64,000 nt of DNA from Fibrobacteria bacterium (lineage in GTDB: Bacteria > Fibrobacterota > Fibrobacteria > UBA5070): positions 241,167 through 305,166 of the forward strand of contig JACKCV010000003.1 in NCBI GenBank assembly GCA_020633825.1. Reading direction: 5' to 3'. Both the position numbers and the translations under genes were made by a program. Under the pieces are notes generated by a model. That model ran no database searches. It saw only the letters and a list, made by a program, of their open reading frames with translations, and was not told the origin of the DNA. Positions 39,184-48,088 of the stretch are shown piece after piece. Numbering within the stretch: position 1 is the first letter of the stretch; each line of letters starts with the position of its first letter.

Positions 39184-42108
39184 CTACCGGACCAACGGGG
39201 CGAAAGCGCGCACGCGATCCCGTACCAAACCGTCCCCGACCCAACGGGCCTCCAGGAAACCCACTCCCGACGCGGACGGGGCCCGGATCGTCCGCGCACG
39301 CGAAGCGTCGGCCGTCCCCGACGAAAGCACCCGCCCGTCCGCGGAGCGCACGACCCACTCCAGCCGATCCCCTGGTTCGACCATCCCTCCGACGGAAAGG
39401 AGGAATCCGTCGGAGGTGGACACGACACCCAGGCGAGCCTTCGAGCGCACCGGACCGCGAGCGGCCAGGGGAGAGCTCGCATCGCCCTTGGCCACCTCGT
39501 ACCAGAGGGTTCCTCCCGGGAGCGTGAAGCGAAGGGTGTCGCCGGACCAGAATACCGGAATCGCCTCCTTGCGTCGTCCGGTCGGATCGAGAGGATAGAC
39601 GCTCGTGGAGTCCGTCCCTCCGGGGACCATCCAGACATGTCCCGTGACGGGCTCGCAGATCATCGTATCGGCCTCCGTGTACATGCGCGTGGTGTGGGAG
39701 AAGTCGGTCGACCAGGTGGTATGAGGATTCTCCATGCGCGCCGAGGTGAGCAGAAGAAGTCGACGGGAGGCGCTCAACGGAAGGCTGTCGGAGGGAACCA
39801 GGTGGATCGCGGCGAAGTCGAGTCCTCCCGTGGTCGCCATTCCCTGCAGCCCGAAACCCTCCACGGAAGGATCTGCGGACAGGAATCCCACGAGCCCCTT
39901 CCAGGAGGGATTGTCCACACGCAGGATGCCCGAAGCACGATCCCAGTCGAATTCCCCCGTGGAGGTCGTGGTGCGAGATCCGGGATCGGGGAAATCCGTG
40001 GGAGAGCTGGTCGCCGCGTCGAATCGTCCCCAGCGGGTCGGAGTGCGCAATCCAGAAAGGAGCGATCCGTCGAAGGGCGACCCGTCGCGTCGGAGGGCGG
40101 AAGCATGCAGATCGGAATCCGTCACGTCGAGGGTGTTCCAGACGGGGGTGGGGGTGATCGCACCCATGCGGAACAAGCGGGCGAGATGCTGCTGGGTGAG
40201 GAGGAGAGGATCCATCCCCGCGTTGAAGAACATCCGGTACGCACCCGACTTGAAACCCGCTTCACCGTCGTGGAAGGCGTGCAGGAGGGCGCCATCGGCA
40301 TCCAGGAAGCCGAGGTATCCGTAGTAGAAGGCCGGAGCCTCGCACTGGTACCGATTGGGCCAGGGGTGGTTGTATTCGCTGCCCACGAGGGGCTTTCCGG
40401 CAACACGGCTGGCGGCGAACATCGCCACTGTCCCGCCGGCCGGATCGGACACCATGGGTTTCTGGTTCTGCGTGAAGTCGGTCGCCGACCAACCGTCGGG
40501 GAAGGAGGGATGGTCCCAGTACCAGTGGGCATCCATGTAGTCGGCCTGGGCCTGGCTCGCGATGGAGGGTAGACCGTACCAGTTGTTGGTGAACGTGACG
40601 GGAACCCGGATGCCGAGGGAATCCTTCAGGAACCCGCCGAGGGCGGAGACGTACGTCGACTCCACGTGGGCGTAGAAGCGCGCCTCGTCCGAGACCCGAC
40701 CGACCGACAGTCCGGTCAGGGTGCTGCGCGAGGAGCGTCGGATCGATCGATCCTGGAGGCTCTCTCCCGCGCGCAGGCCCTCTCCCGCCCATTCCTGGAA
40801 GGTGGTGGAATCGACGAGGATCAGGCCTTGCGACAGTCCCACGTCGATCTGGAGCCGGAAGGATCCATCGAGCGAGACGGGAGGGACCACGGAAGTGACG
40901 CATTCCGTCCAAACCGTGTCCACCGCGCAGGTGCCCTCCCCGAACCAGGTCCAGACGGCGTCCTCGAGGAACTCGACACGCACGGAGGTGCGCTCGCTCC
41001 CCTTGGCCCAGAACCGGAACCGGTAGCTCTTCCCCGATTCCACCACGATCCCTTTGCGACTGACGTTGGCGTCGAAATCGTGGGCTCCCTGCCCGAGGAC
41101 CTCGACGGCGAGCGCCTTGCCTCCCTCGATCCCGCCATCGGCCCGGGTCACCGAGATGTCCGCACCCGTAGCTCCGTCGGCCCACCAGTTCCATCCCAGG
41201 GGCCCGGCCTCGAAGGAGGGGTTCGCCAACTTGTTCTCCGCCGCCGCCGAGGTGTCGCGCCAGGCCGCTTCCACGACGGAATCCGAGGTGTAGCGATCCG
41301 CCAGCCACGCGTTCCACATGGAATCGAGCTCGCGCACGTAGTAGGGATGGAGACCGTTGGGTCGGGTCGCACTGATGGAATCCCACTGGTTCCAGGATCC
41401 CCAGGAGAGCCACGCCATGAACAGCTGATTCTCGTTGGTCAGCTCCCAGGTCGCCACCGCCGGATCGTCCTTGTAGGCGACCCCGGTGTAGGGATTCACG
41501 TGCTCGGCGAACATCCTGGCCCACTCCTGCTGCAACCGGACCAGGCGGGGATCGAAGATCGTCGCGATCTTGGCCTGGTCGTTGGGCAGTGGCGCCGGAA
41601 TCGAATCGCCCACCCTGAAGACGTGTCCCGACTGGACGCAGAAGTTGACGTAGATGCCCTGGTCGCGCAGGCATTTCAGGAACCAGTCCAATCGACGCAA
41701 ACGCTGGGGATCGAACAACATGGTGCGATCGCCGTCGGGATAGATCGCCGCCCCCCAATCGTTGTCGAGCAGATGCACCCTCAGGAGATTCGTCCCGAGC
41801 TTGCGAAGGCGGGCCGCGATCAGGGGGGCATCGACGCTGTCCGGAAAGTTGGAGGTGCTCGTCTGGACGAAGCCGGAAAACCGAACCCGGCCAGGGTCGT
41901 TCTCGAAGCGGAACCGCCCCTGGGGATCGACCTGCAGGAATCCGTGCTTGCCGGCGGGAGCCTCCACCGACCACGATTGGTCGACCACGGTTCGAGCCGT
42001 GTCGTTCCAGGGCATCAGGAAGGGAAACCACCCGGTGTGGTCGAGGGTCGCCCCGGAGACGACCCCGGAGGCGGCCAGCAGGATTCCCGGACAAGATATG
42101 CGTTTCAT
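39184..42108 (-). CDS. Secreted glycoside hydrolase (clan GH-A TIM-barrel-like catalytic region with a NEN motif) plus carbohydrate-binding and Ig-like domains
   Basis: Signal MKRISCPGILLAASGVVSGA. Catalytic-like VATWELTNENQ. Galactose-binding-like region (NPSFEAG...WNWWADG). 974 aa. Family not assignable without a search. Confidence 0.65.
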   Translation of the reverse strand: MKRISCPGILLAASGVVSGATLDHTGWFPFLMPWNDTARTVVDQSWSVEAPAGKHGFLQVDPQGRFRFENDPGRVRFSGFVQTSTSNFPDSVDAPLIAARLRKLGTNLLRVHLLDNDWGAAIYPDGDRTMLFDPQRLRRLDWFLKCLRDQGIYVNFCVQSGHVFRVGDSIPAPLPNDQAKIATIFDPRLVRLQQEWARMFAEHVNPYTGVAYKDDPAVATWELTNENQLFMAWLSWGSWNQWDSISATRPNGLHPYYVRELDSMWNAWLADRYTSDSVVEAAWRDTSAAAENKLANPSFEAGPLGWNWWADGATGADISVTRADGGIEGGKALAVEVLGQGAHDFDANVSRKGIVVESGKSYRFRFWAKGSERTSVRVEFLEDAVWTWFGEGTCAVDTVWTECVTSVVPPVSLDGSFRLQIDVGLSQGLILVDSTTFQEWAGEGLRAGESLQDRSIRRSSRSTLTGLSVGRVSDEARFYAHVESTYVSALGGFLKDSLGIRVPVTFTNNWYGLPSIASQAQADYMDAHWYWDHPSFPDGWSATDFTQNQKPMVSDPAGGTVAMFAASRVAGKPLVGSEYNHPWPNRYQCEAPAFYYGYLGFLDADGALLHAFHDGEAGFKSGAYRMFFNAGMDPLLLTQQHLARLFRMGAITPTPVWNTLDVTDSDLHASALRRDGSPFDGSLLSGLRTPTRWGRFDAATSSPTDFPDPGSRTTTSTGEFDWDRASGILRVDNPSWKGLVGFLSADPSVEGFGLQGMATTGGLDFAAIHLVPSDSLPLSASRRLLLLTSARMENPHTTWSTDFSHTTRMYTEADTMICEPVTGHVWMVPGGTDSTSVYPLDPTGRRKEAIPVFWSGDTLRFTLPGGTLWYEVAKGDASSPLAARGPVRSKARLGVVSTSDGFLLSVGGMVEPGDRLEWVVRSADGRVLSSGTADASRARTIRAPSASGVGFLEARWVGDGLVRDRVRAFAPLVR

Positions 42109-42524
42109 GGACGGATCTCCATTCTCCGCGAAGCGCGGATGGCGGGTTCCTCTTTTCCGTCGCAAAAAGCCGATTCCAGGATCACGAAATTCCTGTTTCA
42201 TTTCCAATACATCCACGGGAATCCCCGGATTTGGAGGAATTCGCCCCTCGGGGGGGATGGATCCCAATCCTGGTCGGGCGACGACCACCCCCTCCCCAAC
42301 GCGCAAGACCTTGTCGCCAGGAGACCTCCCCCGGCGGGGAAAATGACCCTGTTCCCTACGAGACCCGATGGAACCGTGACATGCTTGGCCGCATCGCCCC
42401 CTGGCCCCGGGCGCCAACGACATTTACTGACGCTTGGCGACATTTATCGGCAATTCTGATCATTCATACCAATAGTCAATCCTTGTCGAAGCGAGCCGTC
42501 GCCACCTTCCGGGAATTGTCGTTC

Positions 42525-42541
42525 TGGCACGATCGATGCTC
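42525..42541 (+). promoter_or_regulatory. Candidate sigma54 (-24/-12) promoter upstream of amt
   Basis: TGGCACG-atcg-aTGCT fits the TGGCACG-N4-TTGCW consensus with GG/GC 12 nt apart; about 17 nt upstream of the amt ATG. Confidence 0.25.
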
Positions 42542-42556
42542 CACCCGACCGCGCCT

Positions 42557-43765
42557 ATGAACCAGTCCGATACGGCCTCCCTGTGGCTCCTCGTGTCCAC
42601 GGGATTCGTCCTATTCATGCAAGCGGGATTTCTCTGCCTCGAAGCGGGATCCGTGCGGCGCAAGAACAGCGTGAACGTCGCCATGAAGAACTTCGTGGTG
42701 GAGATCCTCACCACCTGCACGTTCTTCACCATCGGATACGCCATCATGTTCGGCGGCACCTGGAAAGGGATCTTCGGGGTTTCCGCTCCCGCCCTTGGCG
42801 GGATCCCGAAGGAGGAGCTCTTCCAATTCCTGTTCCAGGCGGTCTTCTGCTCCACCTCCGCCACCATCGTCTCCGGAGCGGTCGCGGAACGCCTGCGATT
42901 CCTTCCCTTCCTGCTCCAGACGGCCTTGCTCTCCGCCTTCCTCTATCCCTTGTTCGGGCATTGGGTGTGGGGGCAGGGGTGGCTCTCCTCCATGGGATAC
43001 CACGACTTCGCGGGCTCTTCCGTGGTCCACTTGATGGGCGCGGGAGCCGGTCTTTCCGGGATCGTCCTCCTGGGTCCTCGCCGGGGACGATTCGTCGACG
43101 GGAAGGTCCGCAACCTCGGGGGGAGCAATCTGATCATCGCCGCCCTGGGGACGTTCATCCTGATCGTCGGGTGGATCGGGTTCAACGGTGGAAGCGCTCC
43201 GTTCGGGATGCAGACCGCCTCCATCGTGGCCAACACCCTCCTGGCCGGCTGTTTCGCCGGACTGACCGCGATGTCCAGCACCTGGATCACCCGGGGCATC
43301 GCCGATCCCATCCTCATGATGAACGGCACCCTCGGAGGGCTGGTGGCCATCACCGCCTGCGCCGACATCGTCCCCCTGCAGGCCGCGCCTCTCCTGGGTG
43401 TGGCCGCCGGACTCGCCACCCACGGGGCCACGTGGGCCCTCGAGCGGCTCCAACTCGACGACGCCGTCGGCGCCATCCCGGTCCATGGAGCCTGCGGAAT
43501 CCTGGGAATCCTGGCCACTCCTCTCCTGGCCAGCGGGGAGACGCTCGCATCGCACCTGGCCGCTCATCCCCTGACCTCCCGACTCGACTGGTTCGGGATC
43601 CAATGCGTCGGGGTGGTGGCGTGCCTGGCCGTGTCCGTGGGAGGGGGATTCCTGGCATGGATCGCGATCGGTCGGTTCGCGCCCCTGCGGGTGAGTCCCG
43701 ACGCGGAGCAGCTCGGCATGAACTTCAGCGAGCATCGCCTCGAGGAGGAGGAGGGAACCGCATGA
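42557..43765 (+). CDS. amt: Ammonium transporter (Amt family)
   Basis: DTASLWLLVSTGFVLFMQAGFLCLEAG N-terminus; 11 TM; conserved His/Phe gate region. Confidence 0.9.
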   Translation: MNQSDTASLWLLVSTGFVLFMQAGFLCLEAGSVRRKNSVNVAMKNFVVEILTTCTFFTIGYAIMFGGTWKGIFGVSAPALGGIPKEELFQFLFQAVFCSTSATIVSGAVAERLRFLPFLLQTALLSAFLYPLFGHWVWGQGWLSSMGYHDFAGSSVVHLMGAGAGLSGIVLLGPRRGRFVDGKVRNLGGSNLIIAALGTFILIVGWIGFNGGSAPFGMQTASIVANTLLAGCFAGLTAMSSTWITRGIADPILMMNGTLGGLVAITACADIVPLQAAPLLGVAAGLATHGATWALERLQLDDAVGAIPVHGACGILGILATPLLASGETLASHLAAHPLTSRLDWFGIQCVGVVACLAVSVGGGFLAWIAIGRFAPLRVSPDAEQLGMNFSEHRLEEEEGTA

Positions 43766-44802
43766 CGGATTTCGTCGAAGGCTCCCTGGTCGGACAGGCG
43801 CGTTTGATCGCCCCCCTCGGCAGGGGTTCCATGGGAGTGGTCTGGAAGGCGCGCCACCTGGCCCTGGACATGGAGGTCGCCGTCAAGGTGCTGCGTTCCT
43901 TCGATCTCGCCGACGCCGGGAGGTTCCGGGAACGCCTGCGCCGCGAGGCCCGCCTGACCGCGCGCATCGACCATCCGGGCATCGTGAGGGTCTACGACCT
44001 GGTCGACCACCCCGAGCACCCCAGCCTGGTGATGGAGCTCGTCGACGGACCGAACTTCGACAGTTTCCTCCGCTCCCGCGGCCCGATTCCCGAGCGCACC
44101 TCCCTGATGGTCGCCTGGCACCTTTCCGCGGCCCTGGGTGCGGCCCACGAAGCCGGAATCCTGCACCGCGACATCAAGCCTTCCAACATCCTCGTCTCCT
44201 CCAAGGGCGTCCTCAAGATCAGCGATCTGGGCTTGGCCCGGCCATTGTCGGCCTCCTCGCTCACCGACCATCGCAACATCATGGGGACCCCCCTGTTCAT
44301 GGCCCCGGAACTGTTCACCCAGTCCAGCGAACCGGACGTCCGCACCGATCTCTATTCCCTCGGGGTGGTCCTCTACCAGGCCATGGCCGGAGTCCCTCCC
44401 TTCCCGGGCACCACCGCCCAGGTGATCCATGGCCATCTCCACAAGCCCCCCGATCTGTCCCCCATCCCTCCCGGCTCGCGTGACATCCTCTCGCGCCTTT
44501 TGGAGAAGGACCCCGACCGCCGCCCCTCCACCGCCTCGGAAATCCGGGAAATGGTCTGCCAGCGCATCCAGGAAATCGATGGCAAATCACCACCCCCCAC
44601 GCCCCCCGCATCCACCACCACGGAGGTCCGCATCGGCGGCTCCTCCTCCCGCCTGATGGAACGCCTCGAGCGCCACCTGGAAACCACCTCCGTCTCCTCC
44701 GGCAAACGCATCCTCCACTCCTCCGCCCGCGAGCGGATCCTCGTCACGATCCTCCTCTCGGCCCTCCTCACCCTCGCCCTCCTCGGGTGGCTCCTTTCCT
44801 GA
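43762..44802 (+). CDS. Ser/Thr protein kinase with C-terminal TM helix
   Basis: GRGSMGVVWKA...AVKVL (G-loop plus Lys), HRDIKPSNIL, DLG, APE. ATGA overlap with the amt stop. Only the last 347 aa of ORF 42583..44802 are real. Confidence 0.85.
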   Translation: MTDFVEGSLVGQARLIAPLGRGSMGVVWKARHLALDMEVAVKVLRSFDLADAGRFRERLRREARLTARIDHPGIVRVYDLVDHPEHPSLVMELVDGPNFDSFLRSRGPIPERTSLMVAWHLSAALGAAHEAGILHRDIKPSNILVSSKGVLKISDLGLARPLSASSLTDHRNIMGTPLFMAPELFTQSSEPDVRTDLYSLGVVLYQAMAGVPPFPGTTAQVIHGHLHKPPDLSPIPPGSRDILSRLLEKDPDRRPSTASEIREMVCQRIQEIDGKSPPPTPPASTTTEVRIGGSSSRLMERLERHLETTSVSSGKRILHSSARERILVTILLSALLTLALLGWLLS

Positions 44803-45131
44803 GGGTTTCCTGCGGGGAGAGGGGGGCGACATCGGGCACTGCGACGGGGGAACCGCGAATCCTTCCGTCCCGGCCTTCTCGGGAGCGACTCTCCCGCTCC
44901 TACCCGGCTTCCCCGTCCGGACCCGAACACGCCTGCTGCCGATCGACCTCGTGGAATGCTCCTCGTCGGATGCGAAGACCATCCCGTTCACCTCTCCATA
45001 CGGCATTCAAGTCTTCCACTCCCGGTAGCCCCTCAGGATACGGGATTCGCAGGCGCCCCGGATCCATGCCCTGCCGGAGACCGGAGGGTCGCCATAATTT
45101 GTCCACCCGTCTCGCTCCGATGGCCGGGGTG

Positions 45132-46595
45132 TCAGTCCTGGCGGCAGCGAACGGAAAAACCGAGAATCTTGACGTTGTTCAACCGCGCCACGTTCGTGAG
45201 GCCATATGAGACGTCTCGATCCCAGACGAGGTTCGAATCGTACTCGGAGGTCGTCCAGAAATACGCTTCGAACCCCGATCCATTGAACATCTCCCCGAAG
45301 ACGCCTCCGGCAGGAAGAGCTCGAAACCCGTAGGTGTCCGTTCCCGTATTGCTTCTCCATCCCAATTTGGACTTCAGCATGGTTCCCTCCGTCGTCCCTC
45401 GGACCCCTGCAGTGGCGGCCGTGGAGGGATCCATTCCCAGAGCCACTTCCAAGGACTGCCATTCCGCATCGCTCGGAACATGCCATCCGTCCGGACAGAC
45501 TCCCTGGACCCCGCTGGGGATTGCATTGCTCGGGCTGGCACCCTGCATCGTCTCGGCCCACATGTACAGGCGTCCATACTTGGAGCAACTGTCGACGCTC
45601 CCTTCGACGATCGATCCATCTGCACTGGGACAGACACCCGCCCTTCCGTAGTTCAGGTTTTCGGCCATCCAAGTCTGTGTTCCAATCTGGATCGTGCGAT
45701 AGGATCGGCCATCGCGGGAATCGACCAACCTCCCGTAGGAGACAGAATCGTTCCAAGGGATCCCAAAGTCCGGATGGGATGAGGAAACCGCCGTGTCCTG
45801 GTAGGCGACGTCGATCGTGACCTGACCAACGGTTCCGAGAGTGACCGACAACCTCGCGCGACCTGGGGGTGGCGAATTCGGCCCGACCCACTTGAGAACC
45901 AAGGATCGCCCAACACTACTCCCAGAAACGATGGACAGGGTGGTATCGAGGCTGTAGAGGAGGGTATCGACATCCCAGGGCCGTCCGTATGCGCGCAATC
46001 CGAAGGAGTGAACGACACCTGCCGAGGATGCGGTGAGGTAGTCCCGGTCCATCAGCACGGTGTCTCCGACCCTTGTCTGCTTGGTGAACGACGAATCCCC
46101 CCAGGACCTGCCGTCGACCAACAGAACGAACCGAGTGAGGCTGTCGCGGACGGGGAACCGAACCTTCATGGAGCTGTACCTAGCTTCCAGAGACAGCGCA
46201 ACTCCCGTTGTCCTTCCGGCAAGCACAGGAAACGACTCGCGACCGCTGTAGAGCACCGAGTCACGCTGGTCCAGCCCGGTCGCCTGCAACGTCCAACGTT
46301 GTTGGGAGGGAAGGGTGAAGGTCTTTGCCATCGTGCCACTTCCCGATAGAAGGACGGTGTCGAGGATGGTCGCGGACTGAGGCGAAGAAAACGCCAGGAC
46401 CAACCTTTTCGGCTCCATCGTGGCCGCTCGGGCGAGCACTCCAATGGGACCGAGATCCACAGAGAGCGCGACCTGACCGTTGGTTTCTGCCCCCGCGGAG
46501 GGTGCCTCCAGAGTGGATGGATCGCGAGGATCGCAACTGGATAGGATGCTGGCGAGCCCAAGAGCAAAACTCGTACGCACATGACGTCGAAGCAT
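45132..46595 (-). CDS. Lipoprotein with FSM (TIGR02145-like) domain, paralog 3
   Basis: Start MLRRHVRTSFALGLASILSSC (ATG 46595, SD GAGGAA). C-terminal RDGRSYRTIQIGTQTWMAENLNY...CPDGWHVPSDAEWQSL...YFWTTSE...VRCRQD. The N-terminal 156 aa of the listed ORF are a translation of the tandem repeats. Confidence 0.75.
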   Translation of the reverse strand: MLRRHVRTSFALGLASILSSCDPRDPSTLEAPSAGAETNGQVALSVDLGPIGVLARAATMEPKRLVLAFSSPQSATILDTVLLSGSGTMAKTFTLPSQQRWTLQATGLDQRDSVLYSGRESFPVLAGRTTGVALSLEARYSSMKVRFPVRDSLTRFVLLVDGRSWGDSSFTKQTRVGDTVLMDRDYLTASSAGVVHSFGLRAYGRPWDVDTLLYSLDTTLSIVSGSSVGRSLVLKWVGPNSPPPGRARLSVTLGTVGQVTIDVAYQDTAVSSSHPDFGIPWNDSVSYGRLVDSRDGRSYRTIQIGTQTWMAENLNYGRAGVCPSADGSIVEGSVDSCSKYGRLYMWAETMQGASPSNAIPSGVQGVCPDGWHVPSDAEWQSLEVALGMDPSTAATAGVRGTTEGTMLKSKLGWRSNTGTDTYGFRALPAGGVFGEMFNGSGFEAYFWTTSEYDSNLVWDRDVSYGLTNVARLNNVKILGFSVRCRQD

Positions 46596-46774
46596 GAAGG
46601 ATTCCTCAGGTGGGGAGTGAAACAAGGCCGAGGTGGATGTGACCAATCCGAGCCATTCTTGGAACTGGAACTCGAATTGCAGAGTGGGTGAGGGAATTTT
46701 GGCCCGTGCGGAAACCATCCCACAGCGATCAGGGATGCTTCCACCGACAAAAATAGACCCACAAGTTGTTTTTC

Positions 46775-47175
46775 TCGGCCGCGAGCCGCCACCCTCACCC
46801 CCCACCGCGCGACCTCCCGCTCCCCGCCAACCGCCCTCAAGGTCGCGAGCCCTCCGCCCCCGCGCGGCCAGCGAAGCGTCGCCGCCAAATCCGCGCGACC
46901 TCCCGCCCTCCGCCAACTGCCCTCGAGGTCGCGAGCCTACCGCTTCCGCGCGACCTCCCGCTCCCCGCCAACCGCATTCAAGGTCGCGAGCCCTCCGCTC
47001 TCTCGCGGCCAGCGAAGCGCCGCCGCCAAATCCGCGCGACCTCCCGCCCTCCGCCAACCGCATTCAAGGTCGCGAGCCTACCGCTCCCGCGCGACCTCTC
47101 CGGCCTGCCACCAACCTACCGGTCGCGAACCCACGCCCTGACTCCCCCCTCCGCAGGTCGCGAGCCACCGACTGC
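46775..47175. repeat. Tandem hairpin-repeat array, 142-bp higher-order period
   Basis: Sub-units CCGCGCGACCTCCCGC...CCGCCAAC.GC..TC.AGGTCGCGAGCC recur at 46806, 46891, 46948, 47033 and 47088. The 46806 to 46948 and 46891 to 47033 offsets are both 142 bp. Each unit has a CGCGCGACCT / AGGTCGCGAG inverted repeat. Confidence 0.6.
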
Positions 47176-47312
47176 ATGTCTTCCCCCCAAGCCAGTGCTT
47201 TTCGTGCCCCTATCGGGGATGCAGACGACTCGACAGGACCCCGAAGGCGTATCGGTGCATACGTCGAGGGGTCCTGGAGGGAAGTATGCGCCCCGAGAGG
47301 GGTGCGAAAAGT

Positions 47313-47667
47313 GGAGGCGGCGGGAATCGAACCCGCGTCCAAAGAAAGTCAAATGCCAGCTTCTACATGCTTAGTCGGCCATTTGATCTCGTCCCCCTCC
47401 CCGTCGGTCGACGGACTGAGAGAGGAACCAGCCTAGTGAATCTCGGTCATGCACCCCAGACATGTGCAAGACCCAGCCCCCTGATCTTCGAATCCCGGGC
47501 CCGGAGACATGGCCTGTTCATCGCGGCTTTGTAAGTGTTAGTTACGCAGCCAGAGCGTAAGAGTAGGTCTCTTCGCCTGATATTGGTTTCCAGGTTTTTT
47601 AGAGGCCACCTGGATCCTCTGCATGCCACCGACACCGTTCCAACTCTGTCGAAACCTGTGCGCCCCC
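47313..47667 (-). ncRNA. ssrA: tmRNA (ssrA), standard one-piece; tag peptide (G)EETYSYALAA
   Basis: Minus strand reads 5'-GGGGGCGCACAGGUUUCGAC... and ends ...GGACGCGGGUUCGAUUCCCGCCGCCUCCAC (tRNA-Ala-like acceptor/T-arm). Internal ORF GGC GAA GAG ACC TAC TCT TAC GCT CTG GCT GCG TAA. CCA is not encoded. Confidence 0.85.
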
Positions 47668-47853
47668 TTTTTGGTTTCCGGCGTTTCTAGGCGCCGAATT
47701 CCGGGCTGAGATCGCCCTTTCTCCCAGAATACTTCCCCCGAGGTCGCCCAGCAAGTGTAAAACGACTTGACTTGATCCGGGTCGGTGATATACTTCCGAC
47801 TCGACAGAATTTTGGGCGGCCCTGCCCTCCGTCCGATCCAGAAGGAGAGAGAC

Positions 47854-48087
47854 ATGAAATCCGATTTGACTTCCTGGCAGTTCGCGCGTCGCCCCAAGGG
47901 GCAGGATGATTTCGAGGACATCGAGGGTGGATTCGGCTCGGGCTTCGAAGACGGCGAGGACGGTGATTCCCTCGACGGTGCCGACGACGACGAGGAAAGC
48001 CAGGAAATCGACTTCGACGACCCCAATTTCGCCCGTGGCGAAGGGATCTGGAAGAACTACGCGGAAGACCTCGACATTGAGGAATAG
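47854..48087 (+). CDS. Small (77 aa) highly acidic protein
   Basis: Strong SD AAGGAGAGAGAC before ATG 47854. About 35% Asp/Glu (DDFEDIEGGFGSGFEDGEDGDSLDGADDDEE). Confidence 0.5.
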   Translation: MKSDLTSWQFARRPKGQDDFEDIEGGFGSGFEDGEDGDSLDGADDDEESQEIDFDDPNFARGEGIWKNYAEDLDIEE

Positions 48088-48088
48088 G

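Noticed and set aside
38523-39638. 371-aa minus ORF
   Set aside because: Arg-rich junk overlapping the plausible lipoprotein gene (38534..39088) and the glycosidase C-terminus.
42583-43761. N-terminal part of 739-aa ORF spanning amt in another frame
   Set aside because: Amt frame is unambiguous. Only the kinase from ATG 43762 is real.
46775-47175. CRISPR array interpretation of the tandem repeats
   Set aside because: So-called spacers are themselves repeated with the 142-bp period and are of irregular length (about 9 and about 40 bp); no cas genes. REP-like or structured-repeat interpretation fits better.
46633-47436. 267-aa plus ORF and the 156-aa N-terminal extension of ORF 45132..47063
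   Set aside because: Both are translations of the 142-bp tandem hairpin repeats (periodic PPAPRQP / GRSRGFGG peptides). Non-coding repeat DNA.
47538-48026. 162-aa minus ORF
   Set aside because: It is the tmRNA gene (plus upstream promoter region) translated in the wrong frame.
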